From: the human T2T-CHM13v2.0 reference genome, Homo sapiens
Assembly (NCBI RefSeq): GCF_009914755.1
Contig: NC_060928.1
DNA length: 64,000 bases
Reading direction: 5' to 3' (one strand)
Shown here: in pieces, positions 26,401 through 38,892 of the stretch
Numbering within the stretch: position 1 is the first letter of the stretch
Layout of the letters: the number at the start of each line of letters is the position of its first letter
Program-made: the position numbers and the translations under genes
The notes under the pieces: generated by a model
What the model was told of the DNA's origin: nothing
The model's input: only the letters and a program-made list of their open reading frames with translations
Databases searched by the model: none

Positions 26401-28915
26401 ATTTTGGTTTGGCTAGGAAAAAAATCCAGGTAATTTTATTAAAAAATAAAGTTATTATATCCATGCATCTTCCTGTTTGTGCCTTTAAAGTCATTGTGAC
26501 ATTGAGTTACAGGGCTCTATCTACTGCATCTAAAAAGGAGAACAAGTCCTGATAAATCTTAAACACTGACATCAATTAAAGACTCATCTTCAAGCCCCAC
26601 AGAAGATGCCAATCAAAATAACTGTTTCTGAGACACAGGGCAAGAAATTCAAGCTATTCAATTCCTCAAGGCACAGGGACTATAGTGAAAGAGGCGGGTG
26701 TGTAACATGGTAAGGGCCAATTTTGAAAGATAAAATAAGTTTGATTTCCCTATAAATTAATCATTAATGTCAAAGGCAAACCGATGCAAGGCCAGCATAT
26801 GGGCCTCTGTGTTAGATTAACAAGGTTTTCCTAAAGTATTAACTAATTCCTTAATAAAGGTTATAAATGTTATAAAAGGCATGGTCAATATTAACATTTT
26901 ATAGATTCTTTATAAAATTTTGAAAAACAAATTTAATTGGCTTCATGTTGTTTTTATTAGCACTTATTATTTGGAAAATTAAGTCTCCTCTCTCAAAGAA
27001 TAAAGATTTTTGCCTTTTTTGGAAATCTTTGAGTTATCATTTGGGTTAAATGAATGACTTATTTTACAATGACCTGTGATCCTATTTTGTAATATCAAGT
27101 GTTTAAAACCTTTGATATTTGATAAACTTTCCAAAATCAAATTATAAATTATGTCTTTTTCTGACATAATTAATCCTTTAAGATATTAAGTTTCCTAAAA
27201 TAAAAAGAAATGACTTATTTGGTACAAAAATTTTAGAGGAAGCATTGTCAAATATCAACTGGTGTTGGGTTTTCTTTGGGCTGTGTTTGTGTAAATATGT
27301 TATTGGTATGTGTTCCAAAATTATGGGAAATTCCTGTTATTCTGATATAACTTAGTATACATAATCAGTAATAATTATAATTGTTATGTTAAAATTATTG
27401 TGTGCTATAGAGGTAACAAATTTCCTTGACAGTTTTGTCTTTGACTATGGCTGCCCTAAAACTTTTGTCATTCATGGACAATTGTTTTGTTTTGATTCTC
27501 TTTAGAAGGTGGTACAACTCTAACAGGTGCTCTTGAATGCAAGCTTCTGACAACTTTGGTGATTGTGACATAAGAACAGAGGAAAACTTTCAGGACTCAT
27601 GAAGAGTTGAAATGCTCATGAGTATCAAGCAGAACAGGAATTAACAGCATGAGCTGAACTAATCTTTTTGATTTTTTGCTTAAAATGTTTGCTGATCCTT
27701 TGCTTTGCTTTTTCAGAGTCTAAAAGCTTTTCTCTTGAGCTATTGACAATTTTTAACAATTCAGTATACTCCTATGAACAAAATTTGGAGTATATTTGTT
27801 TCTCTCTACCTGATTTCTCCAGAATTTAGAAACTATTTGTGAATATTTTTAACTTATGGCAATACAGTTATTTGCATAAGTGCAATAGGAATTTGTTTTT
27901 ATTTGTAACAGGGCAACATTGGAGAAACTGCTTATTTTACCAAGGCTTTGACTGGAATGGTGTGCTTTCCTTTAAGGAACCAAACTTGACTTATGGAGCC
28001 AATAAAGCCCTTGGAAAAATTGGCCTCATATTTTGTGTACATAGTCAATATACAGGGTTTCTGACCTGTGGTAAGTAAAGAATTGCACTTTTTTGACAGG
28101 CTCAGATTCCTCAGGTTTATTTTGGAGCTTCAAGAGGAGAGGAAATTCACCAAACTCATAGGTATTTAATGACACAAATTCATAGCTGGGCTCAGTTTCA
28201 ACAAATCTTATCTGAGATTCCTCCTATGGAACAAGTTCCATCAAAGCCAATTTAAAAGCCTATGTAAAAATAATTATTCTTGCTGCACATATACAAATAC
28301 TTAGACCACATATAATAAACCAAACCAGTCCTACCATTATTTGTCTTTAGTAATAATGAGAAACTGGAGACAGAAAAAATATGTTTCAAAACTGTAATAC
28401 ATCTGCTGTTAGATTCTAATCTTGCCTGAAGTTTTCAATTTTTATTGTTTTCTACAGTTTGAACTGAATTTCAACTTTTCTTGGCTACCAGCCTTCAAAA
28501 TAATGGGTTTTTTTTTCCTTTTTTTCCTAATTTGGACTAAAATTAAGCTGTGCTTCCCTAATGCCCTGTGAACTGCAGCCATACAACTTAAACTTCAGAA
28601 GAAAATAACAGCAACCAATTTACGTATATAAGCCACTTTCATACCTGCCTACTAATATATGGACTTCAGAATAATGTGTCCTATATCGATTTTTCCAAGA
28701 TTGTTCTTTTGTTTATTGTTGTTTTTCTCCCTTACTCCCCCATTTTCTCTTCATAGGACATGAGACTCCACAACCTGCTAAAAATGAGTTTTCAGGATGT
28801 ATCCTTCTAGGAATACCTGTCCTAGCCATGAGAGATCAGATGAAACCTGAGACCAGAGACTTATTTTTTTCCAAAATGCTTTCTCCAAAATTTTTACAAA
28901 GAAAAGGGGGAGAAA
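23455..28915 (+). mobile_element. MER4-int ERV1 internal region (non-coding, non-autonomous)
   Basis: PBS-like ttttggtaatcacggaggga immediately after the LTR; polypurine tract aaagaaaagggggagaaa 28898-28915; no gag/pol ORF in the track. Confidence 0.85.
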
Positions 28916-29024
28916 TGTGATAGGAAAATATTTTGGGGACCTTTACACTGGAAACTGCTCAGGGTAAATCTGCCTCCCATTCTATTCAAAATCATCCCTC
29001 TGTCCACAGAGATAGATGCATACT
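28916..29024 (+). mobile_element. MER4A 3' LTR, truncated after about 110 bp
   Basis: Aligns colinearly with 23030-23136 (about 18 mismatches in 107 bp by eye), then similarity stops. Confidence 0.9.
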
Positions 29025-29103
29025 CTATCTTTAAGTGATAATAGTAAGGTGGGAGTATGTTTATATAATGGTTTCATTGTTGTAAAAATAAATGACAATA
29101 ATA

Positions 29104-29275
29104 CTGTATTTTATTGATTCAAAATTACATTTTTTAATGTTGTTCCATCATAGGTATGCATATTATACTTGATAAAGCATACATTAAAATTTAATTTTAA
29201 ATTTACTCTACTAGAATTAAACTAAATAATAGTATTTCCTATAGTCATTACAATCTTAAATTCAGTGATATATGG
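29104..29275 (+). mobile_element. MER104-like (TcMar-Tc2) MITE
   Basis: TIR-like ends ctgtattttattgattcaaaa / tcttaaattcagtgatatatgg; TA at the 5' flank; about 170 bp. Confidence 0.6.
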
Positions 29276-29380
29276 TGATATCACATACGTTGATAACACA
29301 TAATATATGCTCAATTAATATTTAGTAAAATAATTATTTAATTACTATGAAATGTTAAGCTCCAAGTTTACATAAGAAAT

Positions 29381-30117
29381 TGATATAGCAGACAGCTAGT
29401 CAGCCATAAGCAGAGCAGGAGAGGGTTCCCCTCACACCTCCCAACCCCCCACAACAGGAATGTCAGACGATCATCAGGTGATGGTCAGGCAGTCGTTAAT
29501 GTCTCTCTAAAATAAAAATAAGTTGCAGCCAGTCCCAGGGAAAGTCAATCTCCCAATAGATGAAACACCTGAAACTGGGGATTAGCAGCTTCCCACTAAA
29601 TTTCCAGGAGTTGGGTGGGTGGGCTCACATATGTGCCCTAAGAGGCAAAATTGTGAAGTTTAACTGGTATATGACCATCTGGGTACATACCACTGGTAAA
29701 GGGAAGAACACCTCAGGTGAGCATGCATACAACTCCAGTAAATACATTGTGCATGCTCACCCAAGCGCTTGCAGGCCACTGTGCATGTGGGCAGCACATC
29801 CATAAGAAGACTCAAGGGAAAAGGCATGCAAGATGCCAGAAGTATGGCAACATACAAAACCCCAAGTCAAAAGGTAAGACCCTGCACTTGTCCTTCAAGT
29901 TACCACATGGGCCTCTTCCAAATGTACTTTCCTTCTTTTCATTTCTGCTCTAAAGCTTTGAAATAAACTTTCAATCCTGTTCTAAAACTTGCCTCAGTCT
30001 CTTCTCCTGCCTTATGCCCCTCAGTCAAATTCTTTTTTCTGAATAAGCAAGAATTGAGGTTGCTACAGACCCATCTGTATTTGCCACCAATAACTCGATT
30101 ACCAGCCACCACTAACA
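29381..30117 (+). mobile_element. MER50 solo LTR (ERV1)
   Basis: TG...CA ends, 737 bp, 4-bp TSD AAAT both sides; catcaggtgatggtcaggcag, gaaacacctgaaactgg, aaaccccaagtcaaaagg, AATAAA. Confidence 0.88.
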
Positions 30118-30719
30118 AAATGATAAACTTTCATTTGTAGATATTTTACCTCTAACAAATAATATTTTATGCCCTCCCAAATGGAAGATAAAATATAAAA
30201 TTTAGCAGGCCACTTATAAATATTGTTGGTTATAAAGAAAGACATATTATCTAAGAAACATGACTGTTAGCCCCAGCTCACCATTTACTAAATGAATGCT
30301 TCCAGGAATATCACCCAATTGCTTTTAGTCTCATTTTTCTTGGCTATAGGTTTATTTGTAAGAGTAAATATTTGGCAGTTACAAATATAATTTTGTAATT
30401 TTCATTATTTTCATTTTATCAAATTAGAGCTAAATTTTAGTACCTCATATTCTGTTATATAGAAATATATAGATTATGTATTTTGGAGATGATTTATATA
30501 TAATTCCCCATAAAACCTGATGAAAACATATACATTTAAGATTTTCTCCAGTTTTATTATTTCATTATTTCATTTCTTCCTATTTACCTTTCTATCTCTT
30601 TCCCTCAGTTTTGTTTTCTCTCTACTTAACTCATCTTCCTTTCCTTCTTTTTCTTTTCTTTTCTTTTTTTCTAAATTAAACTGTGTTGCAAATCCAGTGT
30701 CAGTTACTGTGCATACCTT

Positions 30720-31274
30720 TGAAGGAGCATAGGGAACTTTACCCCAAAATGTGGCTCCTTGGTATAATAAATATTTAACCTTACAGGTTAACAAAAGATG
30801 GAAGAGACTTTTCCCCTTCCTACATAAAGATCAGATGGAGCCACCAAGGAGAACAATTGTTTTTTCTTCTCATTCCTGATAACTCATTATTCACTGCAGA
30901 AAAGACCAAAAATGTAACCACACCCAAACATATCCAACACTGGACAAAGTCCGTCTCTCAGACTCATGTAGTTTCTTACCCAAAAAAACCATTTACACAT
31001 TAATCTCTGTTCTCTAATGATCTATTCATTCTGCCTAGTAATCATTTATTGCCCATCAACAGAATTACCTATATTCCCCATTTCCACCCTCTCCTCTGTA
31101 ATAAGGCTATATAGCTATTTGGACCCCATTGGGATATTGGGCAATCACTCTGTGATTCTCCCCCAAGCACATTGATAAAACTAGATGCCTTTTCTCTTAT
31201 CAATATGCCTTTGTGAGCTGATTTTTCAATGATGCTTCCAAGGTCAAAGAACACAATTTCCTTTGACTTCTAAA
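30720..31274 (+). mobile_element. MER34/MER39-family solo LTR
   Basis: Starts tgaaggagcatagggaactttaccccaaaatgtggc; ends gccttttctc...gctgatttttcaatga...; near-TSD cctt/tctt. Confidence 0.75.
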
Positions 31275-31336
31275 TCTTATTAAACAAATTAAAGGAAGTT
31301 TTTATTCTTACAGAGATCTTCATAGATCCAGTAGAT

Positions 31337-31610
31337 TTATTCATTTATCTATTGAGCAAATATTGATTGAATGCCTACTGTGTGCTAGATACAGTGCTAG
31401 GTGTTAGAGGTTTGCCTACAAAATCAACAATGAATGACAGCACCTCTGCCCTTTGCAGGTTTACATCTTTATGTGGTAGAGAACAAAGCCTGTTGAGTAA
31501 GTAAATAATGAAATACATTCATATATTTTTCCAAACTGTGATGAATGCTAAGAAGAAGAAATACAGGGAGCTATGCAATATCAAATACCAAGGCATAATT
31601 TAGCTTTGAG
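31337..31610 (-). mobile_element. L2 3' end
   Basis: attcattt...caaatattgattgaatgcctactgtgtgctagatacagtgctagg. Confidence 0.75.
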
Positions 31611-32131
31611 GGAATTTAGTTTGTGTTAGTACAAATAAATGACTACTTTGACTATTTTCTTTAATTAGCAATATAATAGTGGTATTTTTAATGCATAAAC
31701 TCCTCAGTGCAAAGAAAGGGTTCATTTAATTTTTGTCCTAAAACTGTCTAGCATAGCATAACCATGAGCACATTAGGGCAGTTAGCAAATTATCTGGATA
31801 TTATAAGGATATTAGATGTCAACAAACTCCATTACACCTTTTGTCATTGTGATTGTACTATTATTTAAACTTCTCAACAGGGTCAGACTTTTTAAAAGAC
31901 AGATGTAATATTCCATTTTTTATCATTGTGTTGATTTGCAAGGCTCAGAAAATATACAAACACATTTTCAGAAATTGACATAGGCAAAATCCAATCAAAA
32001 ATAACCCTGAGAATTAAAATTATACCATATTTGAGACCATTAGGTAATATTCTCTTACCTGGGTCAGTAAAGAACTGAAGCTAAGTACTTTTTTTTCATT
32101 TTGGTTAAGCAAGGCTTTTTTTTTTTTTTCC

Positions 32132-32644
32132 TGTCATTAAAGAAGACCAGAGCCAGGTAATAGTTAAAGTGATAAAAGTAGATTTTTTTTTCCAGGAACT
32201 ATTGAAATATGGGAAAGAGAGACCTCAGAATAGAACTTGGCTTATTTCCAAATATGACAAGAACAAGTAGGCTTTTATAGCCAAGGACCAGGAGATGGTG
32301 GGCATGGGGGTTGGTGGATGGAAAATGATTAAGAGTAGACATCTTAATCATTTAAGATGTCTTAAAAGGGAGAATTCTTGCTAATCTGACCTAACAGGAT
32401 TCTCACTGAAGGCAACCCATGGTGTTTCTATATCACCTGAGGGATGAAGTATTTGACCAGATGTCAAACATGTTTAGATATGAAGGTGTATGGGTATGTG
32501 GGGGTTCTCTCTAAACCATCTTAGCAGAATTTCTGTTAAAAATGGAAGATGCAGACCCAACAGGGATGGACACTGAAGGCCAAGGGAGAGAAGAGGTCTT
32601 ACAGGAGTTTTACTAAATTTGGGTCAAGGAGAGCATCTTTGTCA
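32132..32644 (-). mobile_element. MER31 solo LTR
   Basis: Ends ggtcaaggagagcatctttgtca (reverse complement of the MER31 start tgacaaagactctctccttgacc); ctgacctaacaggattct. Confidence 0.8.
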
Positions 32645-33325
32645 TTATACGTCATTCCTGCTTTTGATAGCAATGGTTAGTAAAACACTTTCTACAATAA
32701 TGATGGGAAAGATCATTACATATTACACATCTACACAAAGAAAAACTATACATGGTCACATTATCCTTTCAATCGATGTTTTAAACAAAAACTTAAACCC
32801 AGCAATAACTGTATCAAAGCCGGCTGCATATGCTCTGTGACAGGCTAAAGAACTGCAATGTTGTCTCTAGATCTCCTGAGCATTCTTTAAGAAGGATATT
32901 GTCAAGGGGAAAATTTTTCTGGAAAGAGGAGAGATTGATAGGGTTTTCAAAGACCAGGGGTCCCAAGAAATGCTAGAAGGAATCAAAATGTTGTCTCTAG
33001 AAAACAGAAGAGACATCCACTACATCCTAGTAGAACCTCAGCAAGTATTTTATGATTTAGTGGAAAAGAGGAAATGAATTACCAATTTCCAATGGAGACC
33101 CAAAAGGTCTTTCTTGTAAAGAATGAAAAAACAAAGTTAGAAATATAAAGTGCCTTTTATTTAATCTCCACAACCATGTTGTGAATTAGGTCATGATGCA
33201 ATTTTGTACACTGGGTAATAGATTTCAGTCAAAGCAGTCAGAATTTTCTGACAGCCTTTTTTTCTCACACTATAAATATTGCTATTAATGTGATTATTAT
33301 AGACTACATATATAAACGTTAGCTA

Positions 33326-33650
<325 letters not shown>

Positions 33651-35542
33651 TCAAATGAAACTCATGCAGATTCATTCTGTATGATATATATAATCTTGAC
33701 TATGTTTTAAAAATATTTAAATGACAGTTTCCCTTGTAAATTCTATTTTAAACAGGGTCCTAGATATTAAATTATAATCTTATCTCATTTTACATGAAGT
33801 AGTTTTCCCTGAGTATTCTCTTCTACTAATTATTTGACTTTAAATTTCTAAAATTTAGCAGATCTCAAAAAGAGCCAGGAGGAAAAGATTCTTAAAAAAA
33901 TTAACAATGACATTATTACAAATAGGGGATAGAGCTGCAAATAATCTCTGCTTCTTTTAAACTAATTATAATTTGTGTCAAAGAGGATATTTTCTTTTAT
34001 TGTAATAATACAGTGTAATTACAGGGGAATCCGTAGTCATACAATATAAATTTAATTTTTAGAATTAAGTTTTTTGTGTTTTGCTTATATATCTGAAAGG
34101 CTTTATTTTCAAACTAATTTGATTATATTATTTATAATTTAAAAGAAAAAGTTATACTCTTACAGATGAGAAAAATTTGTCATATATTGTGTTTGCTAGC
34201 CTGGTTGCATTTAAAGCAACAGAGAATGTGTATTAAGCAAATTGTACTAATACCTCAAAAGTACAATTTACAAAATGAAATGGAGAATAAAACACTATTG
34301 TTTCAGGAAAGGGTCTCATTGCATGGCTATCCTGAAGTCTTGTTATGGGATTAATTAGAAATAATGAGCTTTGTGTGAAAACTTTTTTATTATGTCTCAA
34401 AGGGATTGTAAATAATAGAAATCTGAAGAGCTAATAAGAAATGACAAATGTATTACATTATATAGAGAACTACTAAAGAACAATTGTTTCTTTCCAATTA
34501 TGTACCAGCACTGAAAGAAAAAAGAAGGTACTGTCACAAATTCTCTTTCAATTGCAGTAATATAAAGCACAGTATTTTAGCTAGTCAGTTGCTGTCATGT
34601 CCTAGTGTAAAGAGAAATTCTTTAACATAAAGCAACATTGTCTTCCTACAAAATAACAACAAAAATTCTTGCTGAATTATGGGGCCACCTCTTAACTCAC
34701 TTTTACAAGTGTGATTCTTTAAAACAGAGAAGTAATTTTATGAGAATATTAATGCCAGAGGTCATGTTTTGATGGTTTCAATTATAAGACATAACTGTTA
34801 AAATAATCAAAAGTATAGGAAAATAATGCAGTCTGTTTTTATGAAAGTAAATCTTTAAAAATAGATACATGCTCTTTTTGTTTACAGAAAATAGAAACAA
34901 TCCCTCTCACCCACGTTCACCAATAGTCAGCCCATTAACCTATAGATGAATGCAAATGTCTTCCTCCCCTAACCAAACGCTGCTGTCCAGTTATAAACCA
35001 GTACTCCTAATTTCCTGTTATAAAAGTGATTCAGAAAAACTGAGTATAAAACACAATGTAAAATCATATATATATATATATATAAACACACACATATTTA
35101 ATTTACCCATCACAATCATAATAGGAGTGACGTCATGGAATATAGAGAAAAAACACTTGAGCCAGCAACTCCTCAAATATATGCTTGACAACAACGCATC
35201 TTTAGTATTTTAAGGATTTTAAGAGGAAAGAAAAGGTAAATTGCCAAAAATAATGTAAAAAACCTGGCTTAATTAGCTAAGAAAAGTGTATTTGGTACTT
35301 TATGCTAAGAAAAGTTTATTTAGTACTTTGATATGTAAAATTGTTATAAAATGTCTGAAACCTAGTGGATGGTGTTTTTCGAAAGTATTTTGATATTCTG
35401 ATTTGAGCAGATGATAAAAATAGCAGAAGATAAAAAAATCGAAATTGAAAACACAAGTCATTTACACAAATAATATTTTAATATTTTGGAAAATGTATTT
35501 AAGTGGAATATCTGGACTCGTCATCATAGAATATTCCTTAAA

Positions 35543-35840
35543 ACATTCACTCATTCATTCCACATATAATATATATCTACAGATTATGTGTATGAAACTC
35601 AGTGCAGATTTATTCCCTAGGATTGTAGCACTGCATGAGAACCATGTGGTCTCTACCCTTAGGAACAGAACTTTCTAGTGAGGAGAAACAGACATTAAAC
35701 AAGGAAACAATATATGAACAAGACACTTTCAGATTGTGAAAGAAATAGAAAAGATCATATCCTAGATGGAAATTGCAGTTGGTTGTGGGGAGGGGCTCGG
35801 TTAAGGCATTGTTTGGAAAAGACCCCTTTAAAGAATGAGA
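35543..35840 (-). mobile_element. L2 3' relic
   Basis: cattcactcattcattc...ttctagtgaggagaaacagacattaaacaag. Confidence 0.6.
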
Positions 35841-36144
35841 AGTGTTTTGCTGTGAGAACTCAGAGTGCTTACATTGACATTGGACGTTTGTATCCACTGA
35901 TGTGTGCCCGTATCGAGTTTCTGCAATGTCAGCTTCTAGTTTATTATTCAAGATTTGGCAGAATGGTTGCTAGCAGAACTAAGTTAGAGAGCTATGTGTG
36001 TGTGCGTTTAACTTGGCCTGGGGAACACAAACTGCTAGTTCTTTATACTCTGTGATTCTAGTCAAACCAGCTTCTTTAAGGAAGTATAAGTTCCATTGCA
36101 GAAACTACTTTTTTACTAGTCGAGTGCACGTTCCTTTAAAACAT

Positions 36145-36325
36145 ACACAGCAAAATGTTCACCTCTGACTACTTGTATGATAGTATCTTGGGAAGCTTTT
36201 TGAAAATTGCAGAGTAAGCAGTGTTGTTATTTCAGAACGAATCCATCACATCTCCCTGGAGTGAAATGTGAAGAACAGTCTCCCTTAGTGATACTTATGC
36301 ACATTAAATTTGAGAGCCTCTCCCC
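36145..36325. mobile_element. MER5-like hAT-Charlie relic
   Basis: atcttgggaagcttttt-aaaattgcaga...gtgatacttatgcacattaaatttgagagcc. Confidence 0.5.
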
Positions 36326-36797
36326 TAAGCCCATATGTATGTCATTCTATTTGCTACATAGGTGAATGGTGATGTCAGGTAATGATATACATGTCATTTG
36401 AGTATCTGTTCCTCCAAACATGATCTTTAGATACTAAAAGTAGTATCTAGAACACTTATTTCCGAATTTTAGTATGATTTTATTTTTAATTTTTTTCACC
36501 TTAACACTTTATTAAAGTAATATAAACTGAATGATACACTCCCAGAGACATTAAACATTAAAAATGGAACAATAAACATATGTACCACTTACAGTATTGT
36601 CAGTATTCTAGTAAAACTGCTCTCTTTTTACATGAAGAGAACTTTAAGACATTGCCTTATGCGCCAGTTCCCCCTTTTCTACATTTAACAGTTGGAGAGA
36701 CAGAGAGAAAAAAATATGCCAAATACAACATGGGGACATAGTGTACATGATTCCCTGTGAAGATTTTATTTCAGTATGTAATTAATTCAGACCCACT

Positions 36798-37091
36798 GAG
36801 CACTACTCAAACGTGTGGTTCCCACGTTGGTGCAAGTCTGTGAACAGTTTGTTACTAGTCCACCAGGAGATAAGAAACTTGTGCCAGAAATATAAATCAA
36901 CCAATGCTTTCTTCATCAAGAAAGTCACATTATTCCCTTTCTGCTCCCCACCCCCCTCCAAAAAAAGTCAATGAAACTAGTTAGTGAGGTGTGTTTACTG
37001 CCAAAAGTTGATTTACAGTCTGGCTCAAGTTTTCTATCTCCTTGGGTACCAATAACAGACAGTTCTAGACCAATCTTTTTGAGTAGCCCTG
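36798..37091. mobile_element. hAT-Charlie-type MITE with internal inverted repeats
   Basis: Ends agcactactcaaa / tttgagtagccctg; subterminal inverted pair cttgtgccagaaatataaatcaac / gttgatttacagtctggctcaag. Confidence 0.7.
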
Positions 37092-37584
37092 ATTGGAAAA
37101 ATCATATACAGGTGGCATTCACTGCACTCTTTTGAGTTTGACACATTTCTGTCCATTTACTCATAACTGAGATGTTCAATTGGTAAAATTCTTAACTTTT
37201 CTTTGGTGGAATATTTCTGAAAATTTCTAGGGAATATCTTTTTCTATTTCATGTGTTAATCTCAAAATAAAAATAATTTATTTGGAGATAGCTAATTTGA
37301 GTCTATAATCTTTACTGTTGAATTACCCATATGTATGCAAAAAAAGGAAATTTAAAAGGAAATGGTGACTTTATATGAAGTATAGGATTATTTCATTATT
37401 GGTTATAATTAAGAGAACAAAGGTTTGGTTTGGTTTTTTATGCGAGGCTGGTTACTTTCTGCTAATACATTAATAAATTTGTTTTCTTTTTAATAATAAA
37501 ATACAGGGAATTCTATTTATCTGGTTAATATGATGGAAACGATCCTATAGTATTAACATCATGATCTAACTAAAGAGATGTCAA

Positions 37585-37876
37585 GGCCAGACGCAGTGGC
37601 TTATGCCAGTAATCCCAGCACTTTGGGAGGTCGAGGCAGGAGCATTGTTTGAGCCCAGGAGTTTGAAACCAGCCTGGGAAAACATAGCAAAACCCTGTCT
37701 CTACAAAAAACTTTAAAGTAACTTTAAAGTCAATGGTCCCAGCTATGCAGGAGGCTAAGGTGGGAGCATTACTACAGCCCAGGGGTTCAAGGCTCCAGTA
37801 AGCCATGATCAAGCCACTACACTCCAGCCTGGGTAACAGAGCAAGATTCTGTCTTGAAAAAAAAAAAAAAAAAAAA
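37585..37876 (+). mobile_element. AluJ with rearranged linker
   Basis: J features ttgagcccaggagtttg, catagcaaaacc; TSD aaagagatgtcaa/aaaaagatatcaa. Confidence 0.9.
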
Positions 37877-38012
37877 GATATCAATCGCCATTGATAGACA
37901 AAATAAATTCAATGATATCTTCAATATAGTTTAGAAGTTGACTTTTATTAATTGATCTGTTGAAATTTTAACAAACATACTATTTTAGAATTTCTTAAAT
38001 TTTAGAAAATTT

Positions 38013-38199
38013 AAGTTTAAATCCTAATTCTGCTACCTATTTGCTATTTCATCTTAAGCAAGTCATATTTCAGATCCTATATCTCCATTCTTTAAAATAG
38101 CAGTAAAAACACTAATTGATAGTTTCTTGGGTAGATCAAGACCTATAAATATGCAATTTTCTAACTTGGGTTTTGACACATATTAGGTGCTTAATAAAG
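38013..38199 (+). mobile_element. MIR
   Basis: tttaaatcctaattctgctac...cttaagcaagtca...gacacatattaggtgcttaataaa. Confidence 0.6.
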
Positions 38200-38233
<34 letters not shown>

Positions 38234-38277
38234 GTGTATGTGCGTGTCTGTGTGTGTGTGCATATATATACATATAT
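38200..38277. repeat. (TC)n(TG)n(TA)n compound microsatellite
   Basis: Seen directly. Confidence 0.85.
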
Positions 38278-38849
38278 AGTAATCAATTTGTGTATTTACC
38301 TACAATGATTCATCCAAACAATCCTTCACTGCAAACAGATCTTATTGAGTATTCCAGGAATAATGCTGGGCACTGAAGATATGGTGAATAAGAGAAATCC
38401 TGTAAAATAATGGAAATGGCAAGCCTAGTATTGTTAAAAGGAGTAGAACAATTTGATTTACTAAACTAGAAGTATCTCTTATGTGGCAAGTTTATTATTG
38501 TTCTTCAAACACAGCAGTGCCATCTGGATAAGTTGCTATTGAAGCAGTAAACATGACTATAAAATAATCAATAATTAATTATTATTTGGGTTAGTAGAAT
38601 CAAACAGAAAACCAACCATGAGACATCTCATTTTTATTCCCCTGGGACAGCAGTGTGTGGCCCAGTGCCTTTAGAATTTACTCCCTTTTGGGTGATTAAC
38701 AGTTTTATGCTAAAAATTCTGAAATGTCCTTGGGAGTTGATTGTATGGATATTTTAAGTTATAGTTGTACTGTCTCAAGTGTTCCCACTGCTGATAGCAA
38801 AGATGATCCCTGTCCAAAGAGAGTGACAGAGAACAAGAGAGAAATCAAG

Positions 38850-38892
38850 AGAGTGAGAGAGCGAGAGACAGAGAGAGAGAGAGAGAGAGAGA
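38850..38892. repeat. (GA)n microsatellite
   Basis: Seen directly. Confidence 0.85.

Noticed and set aside
35276-35330. 28-bp tandem duplication (gctaagaaaagt.tattt.gtacttt x2)
   Set aside because: Ordinary slippage duplication
36798-37091. Long imperfect inverted repeat as a candidate structured RNA
   Set aside because: Explained by the palindromic architecture of a Charlie-type MITE
37994-38015. Hairpin cttaaatttt-ag-aaaatttaag
   Set aside because: Short and A/T-only; expected by chance at this base composition
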